Shown here: positions 23,656-38,057 of the stretch, piece after piece
How the letters are laid out: every line of letters begins with the position of its first letter
How positions within the stretch are numbered: position 1 is the stretch's first letter
Assembly: GCA_020891255.1 (NCBI GenBank)
Contig: BQFW01000007.1
Span: forward strand, 2,108,001 to 2,172,000
Direction: 5' to 3'
Length of the DNA: 64,000 nucleotides
Origin: Entomortierella parvispora E1425
Taxonomy: Eukaryota; Fungi; Mortierellomycota
Notes under the pieces: generated by a model
What the model was told of the DNA's origin: nothing
Databases searched by the model: none
Seen by the model: the letters and a program-made list of their open reading frames with translations, nothing else
Position numbers and translations under genes: made by a program

Positions 23656-26600
23656 ATGGCCACCCATCCACATCCTTCACCTTCGCCCATGTCCTCACCA
23701 GCGACACCCAAGCCTGCGAATCAGCAGCAGTATTCCACACGGCAATCGCAATCACTCTCGCCCAAATCACCAGTGGACTCTGAAGGACCAGCCTCCTTTT
23801 ACTCTGCTTCGCCCGCTTCGTCGGCGTATTCAATGGAAGGAGACCTGCCATATGTTCCTTCTGCGCTTGACGAACGAGGATCCAATGGCATGGTCACAAC
23901 ATCAGCAACAACAACAACAACAACAACAACAACAGCATCGATGCCCGGTGTCAACAATGACAGCACCCTCCACCACCATGACACCTACAGCAACAACAGT
24001 AACAGCATGGTCGGTCAAAGCAACAATGGCGACCGCACCCGCCGTAATGACACGTTGAACCTTGGACAAGAGGACGATCAGGACAGCGATTCCAGGATCA
24101 ACTGCTTCAACAGCCATCCCTCCCCTCCCCTCCGGTCCTCGTCTGCCTCTTCCATCCCAACGCCCATTGGCCCAAGCGGCCACTCCACACCGCCCGCCCT
24201 TCGCCAGTTGACCACCATTTCGTTCAGTGCCTCGTTGCCGCCCTCGCTCAAACCACGCCCAAACCCACCTGCGCGTCTCAAGAGCGATCTGTTCCCAGGC
24301 CATGGGGGCTTCGAATCTGCGCCTGCGGCATCCAGCGCCCTGACCCCCTCCAATCTGCATTATACCTCCAGTGGACAAAACTCGCCCGGGACGTCCATCT
24401 GCTCTGACGACTCGCCTGATTCGCCCATGTCGGGCCCTGACGAGGGCGACATCCTGACCGACGCACGATCCCCCCTCTCTGCCCTCAACAAGCGAAAGTC
24501 GCTCGGCGCCCTGTTGGCTGCCAATACCCTTGCTGCCAGCAGCAACAGCAACAACATCATCGTCAACAGCGCCAGCTCCTCCTCCTCCTCTCGCAAGGAG
24601 GTCCTCTCCCCCACCTTCCGCGCCCGACACGCCTTCCAAAAGTCCTCTCCTGCCTTTTCTGCCCAGCTGCCCACGCCAGAATCGTCAGGAAAGAAGAAAT
24701 ATGGGGCCACGAGTCCACGCGTTCAGTCGCCCTCCGCTCTCTCAGCCCAGATGCAATCGTTCTGGTCTGCACCTGACGCAGAGGATTCGATCGAACAGAG
24801 CTTGGCCAACGTGAATCTAGACTTGACCAGCTTCCAAGGCACAACCTCGTTGGCCGATCAGGACGACCGCCATTCAGTAGACGAGGACGCAGACAATGAA
24901 CAGGATGGGGACGACGATGTCGACTTGGACGATGACGAATCATGGCATTCGGTGGACGAGGACTTTGGTGGTGAGACCAGTGCTTACCATTCCGACTCTC
25001 CAGCACTCCCGTTGGTGCCGTTTACGAACCAGGTGGGTGGTCATGCTGCCTTCTTGCGTTTCTCCAACAAGGCCATCTGCAAGCCAGTGTCGGAGAACGA
25101 GCAAGTGTTCTACGAATACCTGGAGGCCCATCATCCTGAAGTCCTGCCCTTTATCCCGGCGTACCTCGGTGTCTTGAACGTCTCCTACCGTCAATTGCCT
25201 GATCCCGAGGATGGGGACCGCCCCGGGGAGCAGGTGCCAGAGGTTGTTCTAGAGAAGAATCGACACATTGTCACGGACGCCATGCTGGAGAAAATGAAAA
25301 AGTCTTGGAAGTGGCCCTCGACACCAGGACAATTCCCAGGATCAACGGTGGATATTGTAGAGGAAGGGCGATCGCTGGGCAATCGAGCTGGTATGAGCAT
25401 GGATCGGTTCCAAAGCTCCTTCTACTCGTCCCCTTCACTCCCCACTCACTCGAGTCTACCAAGCTCGTCAACCATGTCCAGTCCTGTAAGCATGACAAAG
25501 ATTCGGGGTCTGACCAGGATCAACTTGGCGCTCAAGGAGAAGGTTCTACGAGAGGTTCTTTCACCTCATTCTTTGAGAGCACGGGCAAAAGCATTCCGAC
25601 AGCACTTTGGGTTCCCCTCGAAATCCCGGCATGAACTTTGTTCTGGCTCGCACGATTCGCCAGAGGAAAGAGGGTGCCAGGACTATCTGAAGCAGGTACC
25701 CAGGCGGCATTCTTTATCCAACCTGAATCTGGCCATGGCTTCCAGGGAGGACCACAAACGACGAGAAATGTCGACCTCCGATTCCGCTTTCCAGCCACGC
25801 CCTGAGAGCAGTCTTGGAAGTCACTCTGGGCGATCGCTGGAGCCGACCTTTGACTCGGACCGCCAACAGCGACGGCTCGACCGTGCAGGCGACCCTATGA
25901 GCAAGGATACGGGCGCGAATGGGTTCCAACAAAACGACATGTTCCTCATGGACGATTTGGAGTTGCCAGAGACAATGCTTGGAACCCAGTCGGCACAGGA
26001 TGAGAATGGTCCTTCGATTCAAAACAACGAGAGAAGCCCATCGCAGGGAGAAGATCAAGGTGGCACGGCCATCTCGATCGGTCGCAACGAGTGGATCCTG
26101 GATGGTCCTGGGGGCGCAAGAGGTAGTCTTCGTGCTGAATCAGCGGCAGAGGATGCTGATACAGAGGCCACGAAGCGTTGTCCTCGCCCCACTGACCCAC
26201 CAGGGAAATACATTTTATTGGAAGATCTCACAGACGGATTGAAGGCTCCTTGTATACTCGACATCAAGATGGGTACTCGCCAGTACGGCATCTGGGCCTC
26301 GGAGAAGAAGATGAGGAGTCAAATGCGCAAGTGTCAAAAGACAACCAGCTACGAGACAGGGATTCGAATCTGTGGCATGCAGGTAAAGGAACAGTTGCTG
26401 ACTGTAGATGCATTGCCATTGGATATACAAACGTTTGCTGACTCTTTTTTTATTTCTTCCATTTCGTCCATGACTCTCACCAGGTGTACAACACAACCAC
26501 GGGGCGGTTCCTCTTCCAGAACAAGTACTATGGCCGTAAACTGACCAAAGAGACCTTGCCGTTGACTCTTCGCGAGTTCTTGTCCAATGGCTCCGAGGTC

Positions 26601-27107
26601 GTTCTTCCCATCATCCCAACGTTGATGCGCAAGCTCAAGGACCTGGCGGTGATCATCAAAAGTCTGAACGGTTACCGGTTCTATGCCAGCAGTCTTTTAA
26701 TCTATTATGATGGCGACAGCTCTTCTAGTCTGTATTCAGTCACGGACTCTCCACCTGGACGCAAGCTCAACAACAGCGCCTCGAGCCCCACTCTTAATCC
26801 GAATTCCACGTCCTCCCCGTCCACGTTCTCGGCCACCAACCTGATTGCGAAAAAGTACCAGGATCGATCCCGCGCGGATTTGAAGGTCATTGATTTCGCC
26901 CACTGCACTCCGGGGATCTTTGACGAGGATGCCATGCCACCGTACCCACCCATGCATCCGGACGAACCCGACAAGGGCTATCTTCTTGGCCTCAAGAACC
27001 TGATGATGATCTTTCGCGAGATCTGGAACCAAAACGGAGGCGATCTCACCATCTCGCAGGTTTGGCTTCAGGAGGAAGAAGCCCTTTGGGCCGGGGTCTG
27101 GGATTAA
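23656..27107 (+). CDS. KCS1: Inositol hexakisphosphate / polyphosphate kinase (Kcs1/IP6K)
   Basis: ATG 23656, intron 26383-26483 (MQ|VYN, in frame). Motifs [17 protein letters not shown] (PxxxDxKxG), SSLL and IDFAH; long disordered N-terminus. Confidence 0.9.
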
Positions 27108-27719
27108 GTGATGCTGTCTCTTGTTTGCTTGTGCTTGTCCTCTTCTTGTTCCTCCTTTCTTTCAATGACTATATCCCTTGATTTCGTTCATTTCGTCTCT
27201 TCTCTTCTCTCTTTTTTTCATTTTACCCATTGTAACAGTCGTTCGCTTTGTTTGCTCTCTTTATTTTCTCACTCTCTTTCATTGTCATGTTTTCATTGCA
27301 ACTGTTTGTTTGTATTTCATTGTAGCTTGCTTTGATTTCTGCCTCTTGTACATTAGTCGCTTCCTCCTCCTCCTCCTCTATCCTCTTCACTCTCTCACCT
27401 CTCACCTCTCGCCCTTTCATACATACATCCCAACTCTAACTTTCTTTCATTGTTTTCTTTGGTTTTGTTCCTTTTTCATGGTCGTTCCATTGGACCTTCC
27501 GTACTCGTTTCTGAGAGACGAATGGGGAATGGCTCCCTAGGGACTAGACAACATACCTACAGAAGACACCAGAGTCATAATAATAAAAAGATCGGATATT
27601 CGAAACAAAAAAAAAAGAAAGGTGTGAACTTGATTCTATTAGAGGGTGAAAGAACAATGATGCTAGAGTAGGGAAGGAGATGTAGAGGGCATACGAAGAC
27701 AAGGAAGGCGACTCTATGG

Positions 27720-30700
27720 CTATGCGATAAAGGATTTGCGAATAACAGGAATCACCAGTTCGCGCTCCATCTCTCCAAACTTCACTTGAAGGGTCACCTT
27801 GTCACTTCCGTCCCATCGCGTTTTTTCTGAAGGCGCCAAATAACGTATCCGTGAAAGGGCCAGGTTGAGTTGAGCCATCGAGACCTCATCGCCCAAGTCC
27901 ATGTCAACCTTCTTGGTACCTGCCGCAGCTGAGGGATGCAAGGTCACCAATCCATGCTCGACTGCAATGCGAAGCGTTGCCTTTTGGGTATGGACACCAC
28001 CCGGACCTGTGGTTGAGGCCGAAGGTACATAGCGGTCAACGCCACGAACAAAGATGGCGTCAATTCCCGTAAATGCTCCAGGTGCCTTGTCCAGAAGTGA
28101 TGACACCGAGGGTGAGGCGGAGGAGGAGAGCCCAGCAGGGCGGGGTCGGTAGTATAGAACCTTGGGTCCCTGAAGTCTCGGTGAAGAAAATGCCGCACTT
28201 TGTGAGAAAATATCCAAACTCCAGATTTTGAGTGCCGCAGCCACCACACTTCCTTCCTCAATCGTCTTTTTGTTGGTCACTTTTCCATAGAGGTGAAGTC
28301 CCAGGCCATGTTCCTCCATCTTGATCACTTCGGCTTGGGGCAAAGCACCAGACTTTGCATTTTGGATGGCTCCTTCAACCTCCTTCCAGTTGTAAGGGTA
28401 AAGAGCTTCCCGGGGAAGGATCGTCAGACCGTTGCTCTCCAGCGCCGAGCGATGATTCCTGACATATGTGGTGAAAGCCTTGGGTCCTCCGCAGTTGAAA
28501 CACTCTGGATCGTAGTTGGTGACCGTAAAGTAATTTTCTGCAATCTGACGGAACATTGTTCGTCCGCGCTTGAAGCGCATCACACCATTGGCCAAGTACG
28601 TGTTCTTGTCATCTAGCGTCCATGCTCGATCGTCAGCAGTGTCGGACACGTCTGAACCAATAAATTCTGTCATGCCATCGCCAGGACTCCGGATCCAGAG
28701 AGCGTCCATGTCCATGTAGAGTCCACCATATTTGTAGAGCGCCACCAAACGCAAATAATCCGCCAAGTGGACTGGAAAGAACTGTCCTGCCTCTGCCCAC
28801 TCGTTCCAGCGCTTGAGCCAGTCCTCGGTGTTGGGACTGAAGAACCACTTGCGCTTCAAAAGCAGGTCCTTGGAGAATGAAAGAATATGGATTTGGTAAC
28901 CTTGCCGGGTATAGTCGATAAAGAAATCGGAGGGCAAGGTGTTGGAGAGGATCATCAGGACTGCGTCGGGGTTATGGACAAAGAGGGTTTCAATGGCCTG
29001 ATAGTGCCTTGCCTGCCACGTTGTCTTGGGGTCTGTGGTCCAAATAGCCCAGTGCAGCTTTGCCCAGCCTTCAGTGTCCGAGTAGATACTACTGGCATCT
29101 GTGAGAACACCAGGAACGATCCATTCGTCTTTGTTGCCAATTGCAGGCATAGGATCCTTGATGTCAATGGCACCAGTTCCTTGATAGAGGCCATCATTTT
29201 TGTTGAGGTTGGTGATGCCCTTGACACTGTCGCATGCCACGCCCCAGTCCTTCCAATGATTGCTGCGGCCATAGCACGAATAGCAGGCGGCGCAATATGT
29301 CTGACGGAACCCTTGGCAAAGCGGCTTATGTTCCACGACGTTTCTGTACATTGCATGCATCGACTCGACTGGCGTGAATGCGTCGCTGAAGTGCTTGGCA
29401 AGCATGTCGTCCTCGCAAACGTCCCATTGCTGCATGCGCTTATCGTGGATCGGCTTGATATTGTATGGATGCAGCCAAATGCCAATGTTTTGATCTTCAT
29501 TCTTTGTAAAGAGTCTTGGTCCTGGGTAGGTCAGCAAGGTTACAATGTCCCTGGAAAAGATATAGAGCGAACCAGCGACAAAGGGTGGAAACACGCCAAG
29601 CTTAAACTCGTGCTCAATGTTTTTGTTTTCGGGATTGGTGATCGGTGCCATATCCCTACACAATAAGGCGTAAATTTCTGTTAGCATGTGAAATACGACA
29701 GCACTGTACTGTGCAACAATGGCGATCAAAAGGGGATTGGCTTCTTACCAGTACGCAAGGCCACGCCAGTAGTAATGAGTAGGTCCAAGATCCATGAGCT
29801 CGTTGGCGACAGTATCCCAACGGACAAAGATATCGTCGTCTGTTTTGCACAAAAAGTCAAACTTGAACTTGTTGCTCCACTCTAAAGCTTTAAAGACCTT
29901 GTAGCTAAGATCTTCATAGGTATCAGAGACGGGCAAGATCAACAGATCGTCGTACGATGCCTGCTCCTCCTTGATCTTGGGTCCCATAACTTCCCTGGCT
30001 CGAGTGCTCGGCGCCTCTCCCAAGACGAATTTGTAAGTGTACGAGAATTTGGATGAAGGGGTTGGCAAAAGTCGCAAGGTGGTTTCCCGGAAAGTTTGTC
30101 GTTTCTGAAATCCTTTAGCAGTCCAGGAAGTGACGATCAAGATCAGGATCTGGGTCTGAGCTGTTCCGATGGCCTGTTTTGCTGCATTCAAGGACGCCAA
30201 TGCATTGGCTCCTGTTGAGGCCAGAGCCTCTGCGGAGGATGGTCGACTGTTGTTTTGATATAGAAGCATCATCATGGTGATAAACGAGACCAGCCCTCCT
30301 GGGATCAAGACTGTCCGAACAATGATGGCTCGGGGATCAACACCAGCACGAGATGCCTTTTGAGGATCCAGCTTATACATGCCCCTGAATCTGAAATGAA
30401 TGGTTTGGATGATCTGTGCCACAGCCAAGATAGCGCAGATCGCCATCCAAGGCCAGATTGGCTCATCCGCGCCAAAGAAACTGACAAAGGAGACCACAGA
30501 GAACCAAAAGATGGTAGCCAAGGTGAAGAGACGGATCATGGCTGGCCGGGGCTCGTAATGAATAAACCATCGTCGGATCAAGTTGTTTGTCAGCCAGAAA
30601 CTCCAGAGTCCTCCCAGCAAGCACTATAAAAAAAGAATGACCATGGCGCGTTTAGTCGACTGCTGCAACGGCGACACACGCTTCTATTCCATGTAGCTGC

Positions 30701-31108
30701 ACGCGGATTTGACTTACCCAGAGGATGCCAACATAGTTGTCGAGGGCAGAGCTCTTCATCATCATGTGAGCACGGGCATCGCGATCATCGATGCTCCTTG
30801 CTTGCTTCAGATGAATGTAGATTCCCCAGAGGGCGGGGCATAGACAGAGAAAGCGCAAGGCACGACTGAGCTGCAGGTACTGGGGCGGTACATCCCGCAT
30901 GGAGTAGATAGGCGGCCGTTGCTGTGGGTGCAGTCGAGGAGACAAAAGCATACAGACACAGTGCACAGCAGAAAAGGAGAAGGGAATAAATAAATAGAAT
31001 GCCAAAAAATGACAAAAAAAATTAGTGGCAACATCAGGCGGAGCATGGGGAGGATGCGAGGATGGAGGCCGAGGAGGGACACCCTTCCAGGCAGCGTACC
31101 GGAGGCAT
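27720..31108 (-). CDS. EOS1-like membrane domain + GT31 galactosyltransferase + GT32 (DxD alpha-1,4-glycosyltransferase-like) fusion, ~1007 aa
   Basis: Four exons (31108-31100, 30921-30718, 30623-29749, 29655-27720) join in frame via GT-AG introns. EOS1-like TM block (RALRFLCLCPALWG...LIRRWFIHYEP..MIRLFTL); GT31 motifs (DTYEDLSYKV, KTDDD, FPPFVAGSLY, EDQNIGIW); GT32 motif (ADYLRLVALYKYGGLYMDMD). Confidence 0.85.
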
Positions 31109-31514
31109 GGCGCAAAAGATTATGGCCGGGAGCGGGGAGAGGGTGGCAGGGAGAAGGGGATCAGAGTGCAGGCCCACGTCTATGGATGAAAGATAAAAAG
31201 GGGGATGCAGCCAATGGAGGGACAGAGAGGAGAGAGGGGATGATATATGCGAGATGGATGGAATGGAATGGGATAGGATGGAGGAGCTTCTTTTTTTTTT
31301 TTTTTTTTTTTTTTTTTCCTGTTCTTTTCTTTCTTGCTTGGCTCTTTGCGCTCTTTCGCACCCACCGAGGATGGAGAAGGGGGGGGGGGAACGAGACAGA
31401 TGTGCATTAAGAGAGGGGATTCAGCGCGCTGCACGCCTCTGTAATTGACCGAGACGAAAAGCAGTCCCTTAAATGAAGGCGTCCGAAAACAAAAATACAA
31501 AGTGCTCGCTCCCA

Positions 31515-31520
31515 ACGCGT
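31515..31520. promoter_or_regulatory. MCB-like element (ACGCGT) upstream of POL1
   Basis: ACGCGT ~150 bp upstream of the POL1 ATG in a ~560-bp divergent intergenic region. MCB control of POL1 is established in yeasts. Confidence 0.5.
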
Positions 31521-31667
31521 CTTTTTGGCACACACACACACACGCTCTCTCTCTTCCTCTCCCTCTCCCTCTCTCTCCCCTCGCTCTTTCCCCCTGTCGG
31601 CTCTCTTCATCGACATTGCTTCTCTGGTCATCCCTCTCTGTCCCTATCCCCAGCCCCATCCCCATCC

Positions 31668-34600
31668 ATGAGCTCGAGGACAAAGAGAACCGCCACATCC
31701 GGTAGCAAGACGGCTGATGCCCTCGCCAAGCTTAGAGAGCTCAAGTCGGGCAAATCGCGTCTTGCTCAGTACGAGGTAACATGCCATGCCCTGACTCGCA
31801 TCCCATTCAGCGTCCATGCAACACAATAATGAGCTCTTGACTCAACCTTTTGTTTTCACCCCTCTTTCTACACTCTTACCCCTAGGTCGAGGAAGCAGAG
31901 GACATTTATGAAGTCGAGGATGACGAGCGGATCATCAAAAGGCTGCGGCAGGATCATGACAACTTTGTAGAGGATGACGACGGTCACGGATATGCAGATG
32001 ACGACTCAGACGAGCAGGAGCGATACTCGGACGAATTCTCGGCCGATGAAGCCCCTGCTAAAGGTAGAGAGCCACTGTGATGATACACCGAGGCTCTAGA
32101 GTGACTGGACCCCGGGGTAGAGTTATTCACGGATTTATGGCTTTTTTATCGTTCTTAGGATCAAAAAAGAATGGCAAAGGAAAGGCTACGGACAAGAATG
32201 CACCAAAACCAAAAGCAAGAGAGAACATTATGGACGCATTCATGAAAGCGGAAGCCAGACCCAAGATCTCGAGACCGGCACCTGTAAGCGATCTATTGCT
32301 AACAACCAAATCACTGTGCTGGATAAAGAATGGTGTTGCTCACTGATACTTGCGTTTATTAGGCCAAATCATCAGAGGCAGACGACGGATTCCTTTCTTC
32401 ACTCCTTCAAGATTTTGTAGAACCAGCAGCTACAACTCCTCCCAAGAAACTTGTAACGCAGACAAAGCGGGCTGTCATCAACACACCAACAGTAAGTAGA
32501 CCGATCACTGTGTCTGATATTTCGGGGCATGGTCTCTGCTCCTTTACCCCTCTAACACGGCCTCCACCCAATAGCGTGCTCTGATTTCAAAAATGGGACC
32601 CTTGAAGATCAAGGACGAGGAATACGACGAAGTTCCTAGAAATCTCTCTGCGCGGCTGGATGACTTTCAGGACCACGACTTTGACGATTTCCAGCCAGAC
32701 TTTTCACCCACTCCGGTACCTGAAATCAAGCAGGAAATTAAAAAAGAGGATGAGAGCACCAGCCCCTTCGATGTTGACGAGGATGAGCCTTCCATGCTGG
32801 CGATCAAGCCCATCATGGCCAAAGACACCAAGATGCCCATGAAGCTTGTCAACGACACCAGCAAAAAGGAGGTTGCCACCGTTGTGAAAAAGTCAGAAAA
32901 CGACAATAACCAATACTGGATGACTGTCGACAGCAACTTGAACCAAGCCTACGCGGAACCAAAGACTGAAAATGATGTTCTCACCGACATGCAAGAGTCC
33001 AACATTAAGGAGGAAGATGGCACTTTGAAGATGTATTGGCTGGATGCATGCGAGGTCAAAGGAGTGGTTTATTTGTTTGGCAAGGTATGGATCTGGTGGC
33101 AAAATTGTCCGTTTCTGCCTTGAAGGGCAAGACTTGTTTTCTAATCCAAACTGCTTTTCTTTTCTTGTTAGGTACTCCAACATTCTACGAATACCTACGT
33201 CAGTTGCTCCATTGCCGTTCACAATATGCAACGCAACCTCTATGTCTTGCCAAGAGATCGTCGAGTGGACTCCCGTGGAAACGAGACTGTAGAGGAGGTC
33301 GATATGATGGCTGTATACGAAGAATTCGACAAAGTTTGCGTGGCACATAAACTGGGCGAAGTGCAATCAAAGCCAGTGACACGCAAATACGCATTTGAGC
33401 TCCCTGGAATCCCAGCATCTGCAGAGTACCTCAAGGTCGCTTATTCTTACTCCAGTAAGTAACTCGCCAATTTGGTCCGAATGTGGCCGACCAATATCTC
33501 ACAATGTTGGTATACTTTTTGTAACCTATAGAGCCAAGTCTTCCAGCAGACTTGACAGGCGAAACCTTCAGCCACGTCTTTGGTACAAACACCAGTGCTC
33601 TGGAGCACTTTATCATCAAACGCAACCTGATGGGTCCCTCTTGGCTTGAGATCAGCAATGCCCAGCTCAACTCTGCAAAGGTACAGGCGGGATTTATCGC
33701 TTGCACAGAATGTCAAGGAGGTTTTGAGCTATTGAGTCTTACTATTTTCACTTTTTGCATAGGTGTCCTGGTGTAAAACAGAGTTCACAGTCCTCGACCC
33801 CAAGCATATCAAGCCCATCACGGATTCGAACATTGCTCCACCACCGCTCGTCGTCATGTCGCTCAGCATGAGAACCATCATTAATCCCAAGGACAAGTCG
33901 AACGAGATTGTATCTGTCAGCACCTCAGTCTATCACGAAGGTATATCATACAGTTGCCAGAGCGCTATGCCCTTCCGATAGTAGATGTTTTAAAAGCCAG
34001 CTTTTCCGAATATGCTTTACTGAATTACTTTTGCCTCATCCTCTTTCTTGATCCTCATTAGTTCGCTTGGATGACCCCGTTGAGAACAACAGAAAGAACG
34101 TGTCTAAGCAAGTTCTGATCCGCAAGCTCCCCTCTAGCCCATTCCCCCCCGGCTTTGACAGCGTTATTGAACGAAGCAAAATCAAGATCCAAAAGTTACC
34201 CTCAGAGAGAGCACTATTGAACATGCTACTCGCCCGTATCAGTAACTCTGACCCCGATGTCATTGTTGGCCACAATTTTGTTGGATTTGATCTTGATGTT
34301 CTCCTTCATCGCATGAAGCACAACAAGGCTGACCATTGGTCCAAGATTGGTCGTCTTCGCAGGACAGTGTAAGTTTTCTGGCATTGCCGTTCATCTTCCG
34401 TGAAAGGTCAGTTGTATTAATATGAAGTTTCTTCTTTTTTTTTAGCTGGCCCAAGCTGCAATCGGGAGCAGGAGGTATGGGCGATACAACAGCAGCAGAG
34501 AAGCAGGTCATGGCTGGTCGTTTGATGTGCGACACATACCTAGGAGCCAAGGAGCATGTACGCGCCAAGAGTTACAGTCTCACACAACTGGTCGCCATGC

Positions 34601-37453
34601 AATTGGGAGTGAACCGTGAAGACATCGAATATGAAAAGATTCTCGCCTACTTCTCGAGCTCTGAGCAGCTGGAACGAATGTTGCGACACTCTGACTTTGA
34701 CACCTACCTCTGCGCGGAACTCATGTTTTCACTCCAGTTGCTTCCACTCTCGAGACAATTGACTACCCTCTCGGGCAATCTTTGGTCAATTACTCTCACG
34801 GCCGGTCGTGCTGTCCGTAATGAATACCTGCTGTTGCACGAGTTCCATCGCAACAAGTATATCTGCCCTGACAAGACCTTCTTCAAAGACAACAAGAATG
34901 CACCAGCACTTCCTCCAGCTGACGGTGACATGGATGAGCCAGAAGAGGCCGGTGGAGGGGCTAAGAAGGGAGCAAAGAGAAAGCCACAGTATGCAGGTGG
35001 TCTCGTACTGGAGCCCAAGAAGGGATTCTATGACCAGTTCGTGCTGTTGTTGGATTTCAACAGTTTGTACCCCTCCATCATACAGGAGTACAACATTTGC
35101 TTCACCACCGTGAAGCACGATCCAAGTAAAGATGAGGACTCGTTGCCCGATTATCCTGAAGAGGGACAACCACAAGGAATCCTGCCAAGGCTCCTCGCCA
35201 ACCTGGTTGAGCGCCGTCGTGAGGTCAAGAGATTGATGAAGGGTGCTACCGGTGCCAAATATGAAGAGGTAAGGCAATCAGTACTGGTTACAAGAGCTTT
35301 GAGAATCACGCAGAAACATTGTAAACTAACTGTACTCACATGTATGCTATTAGTATGATATTCGCCAAAAGGGTCTCAAGCTGACTGCCAACTCTATGTA
35401 TGGATGCCTGGGAGCGGCCTACTCGCGGTTCTATGCAAAGCAATTGGCCATGCTTATTACATCTCGGGGACGTGAGATTCTTCAGAACACGGTCGATCTT
35501 GCTACCCAAAACGGACTTGATGTAGGTTTCGCTTCTAGACTTGTATTTGTTCACACCGAGATATTGCAGCTAAATAGGAACCATATCCCTTGACATTGTT
35601 TGTTAATAGGTCATTTATGGTGACACGGATTCTATTATGATCAACACCAACACCACAAAGATTGAGGAAGTCAAGCCTATCGCAGAAGGTCTCAAGAAGA
35701 TTGTCAACGCTCGTTACAAGCTTCTGGAGATTGAGATGGACGGCATGTACCAGCGCATGCTGCTCTTGAAGAAGAAAAAGTATGCTGCTCTCATGGTTGT
35801 AGAAAAGAATGGAAGACACGAGACCATTGTCGAGACCAAGGGTCTTGATATGGTGCGTCGTGACTGGTGTGGCCTGAGTCAGGACGTTTCCAAGTAAGTG
35901 ATGCACGCTAGACTGCTCTCGTGATTGTAAATCGTAGTAAAAGTCCACCGAAGCTAATGTATCCACATTCCTTCCTTCACTGCTACAGCTACGTGTTGAC
36001 CCAGATCCTGTCCAGCGACAACAAGGACCGTGAGCAGGTGGTGGAGAATATCCACAACTACTTGCGCCAGGTGGGCGAGGAAACACGCAAGGGTCTGATC
36101 CCCATGGAAAAGTTTGTCGTGAACAAGGTAATCACTAAAGCAGAACTGGTACTTTGGGAGAATCAGTAATGATGGCTGGCGTCTTAACTATATTTCCATC
36201 AATACTAGGGTCTGACAAAAGCTCCAGAAGACTATGCTGATGCGAAGGTTCAGCCTCACGTTCAGGTTGCATTGAGACTCAAGAGCAAAGGAATCAGCAT
36301 CCGTGCAGGAGATACGGTCCCGTATGTCATCTGTATTCATGACAATACCCCACCCAAAGGGAGCTATGCAGAACGTGCCTATCACCCTGATGAGGTTACG
36401 CAGCCGGGTTCTGGTCTTACCATCGGTATGTGCAAACACCTTGATTTCGGATTTGGTCTACATCGAATCGTTATTTTGAAAGAATAACTGAACAATAATT
36501 TTTGTCCACGTAGATTTTGAGTACTACCTCAATCAACAAGTTCACCCACCACTGGACAGATTGTGCGGTCCGATCGAAGGCACAGATGCAACACGTCTTG
36601 CAGACTGTTTGGGACTGGATACGTCAAAGTTCCGCTCTGCAGCTCGCACGAATGTTGAAAGCGACGAACTTCAGTCGTACGCATCAACTTTGACTGACGA
36701 AGAGCGATACAAGGATGCAGAGCCACTCCAGCTTTTGTGCCGGAGTTGCCAGACGACATTTTCGTGCTCAGCCTTGCATATGGAGGCAGTAAGTTGTAGT
36801 GTGTTCAGTGTGGGATTCACCTGGCTGTCTATGCTTTGAGCACTTATACCAAAACTTCTTTTTTTTTTTCTTTTTTTTTCCTTTCCACTAGGAATCAACC
36901 AGTCACTTTGGACTCCAGTGTCCAAACTGTTCTGCCATTGTTCAACCTGCCTCAGCCAGCGTGCAGTTGAGCAACGCGATCCGCAAGTATATCCAAAGAT
37001 TCTATCAAGGATGGGTTATTTGTGATGATCAAAGCTGTAACAACCGAACACGGATGGTCAGTGTGGTCGGCCGCCGCTGTCTGGTGAAGGATTGCCGAGG
37101 AAAGATGAACACTGAGGTAACACAGTTGATGAAGGGTTAAAGTTTTTGTCCAGTTTCCGAGAGACCCCAATGCTCACTCTGTCTTTATTCGCTCTACTTG
37201 GGATCTGTCGTCTTAGTATTCGGCCGAGGCATTGTACACGCAATTGTCGTTCTTTGCACATATCTTTGATTTGAACAAGGCATTGGAGAAGGTTGACTTT
37301 AACAAGCATGGATCCGTTCGGGTCCTGATTGAGCAGAACAGGGAATTGGTGCGCCAGCTCAAAGCCACAGCAGAGCGGTACATCAAGAAGAGCGGACAGC
37401 ACGAGGTTGACCTTGCGCAACTGTTTGGGTTCTTCAAGGTCTCGACGCAGTAG
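31668..37453 (+). CDS. POL1: DNA polymerase alpha catalytic subunit (family B), multi-exon
   Basis: ATG 31668 (MSSRTKR). [43 protein letters not shown] and YGDTDS motifs; C-terminal Cys4 zinc-finger segments; many GT-AG introns; stop 37453. Confidence 0.96.
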
Positions 37454-37966
37454 AAAGCCTAAGAGAGCTCGGGATCTTTTTTACGAAAGCGATATACATT
37501 ATTAATAAATGAAGGTTCATGAGAAAAAAAAAGAAAAAAAAAGGTAAAAGAAATGAAGAAACGCAGAAAAGGGATGAAAAGTGCTTTAGTGCTTTTTAAC
37601 AAATGTCTGTTCCTTCTCCTCCCGCCTAAATCCCATTTGGAATGGCTCAATGCTTGCTTTGTGTGTCGATCTCGCGTGGCGTGGCCACAAGGAAGAAAAA
37701 AAAAAAAAAAAAAAAAAAAGTTTGCTGAGATTCAGGACATTTATTGATGTTGTCGTTCTCCACTATTCCATGATGAAGGAGAGAACAAGGTCAAGGTTTC
37801 CGTTTGGAGAAAGGACTTTAATCAAACCGGGGGATGAAGAGCTTTCCGAGAAGGTTTGTTCCTCGGCCAATCCGTATAGGGATGATGGTTCTTGTGGATG
37901 GTCCAACAAATAGCCTTAGTGGAGGAAAGGGGATATGACTGTATGACTGTATGATCCAAAGGACAG

Positions 37967-37971
<5 letters not shown>

Positions 37972-38052
<81 letters not shown>
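37972..38052. repeat. (GA)n microsatellite
   Basis: ~40 GA units between POL1 and the kinase gene. Confidence 0.95.
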
Positions 38053-38057
<5 letters not shown>

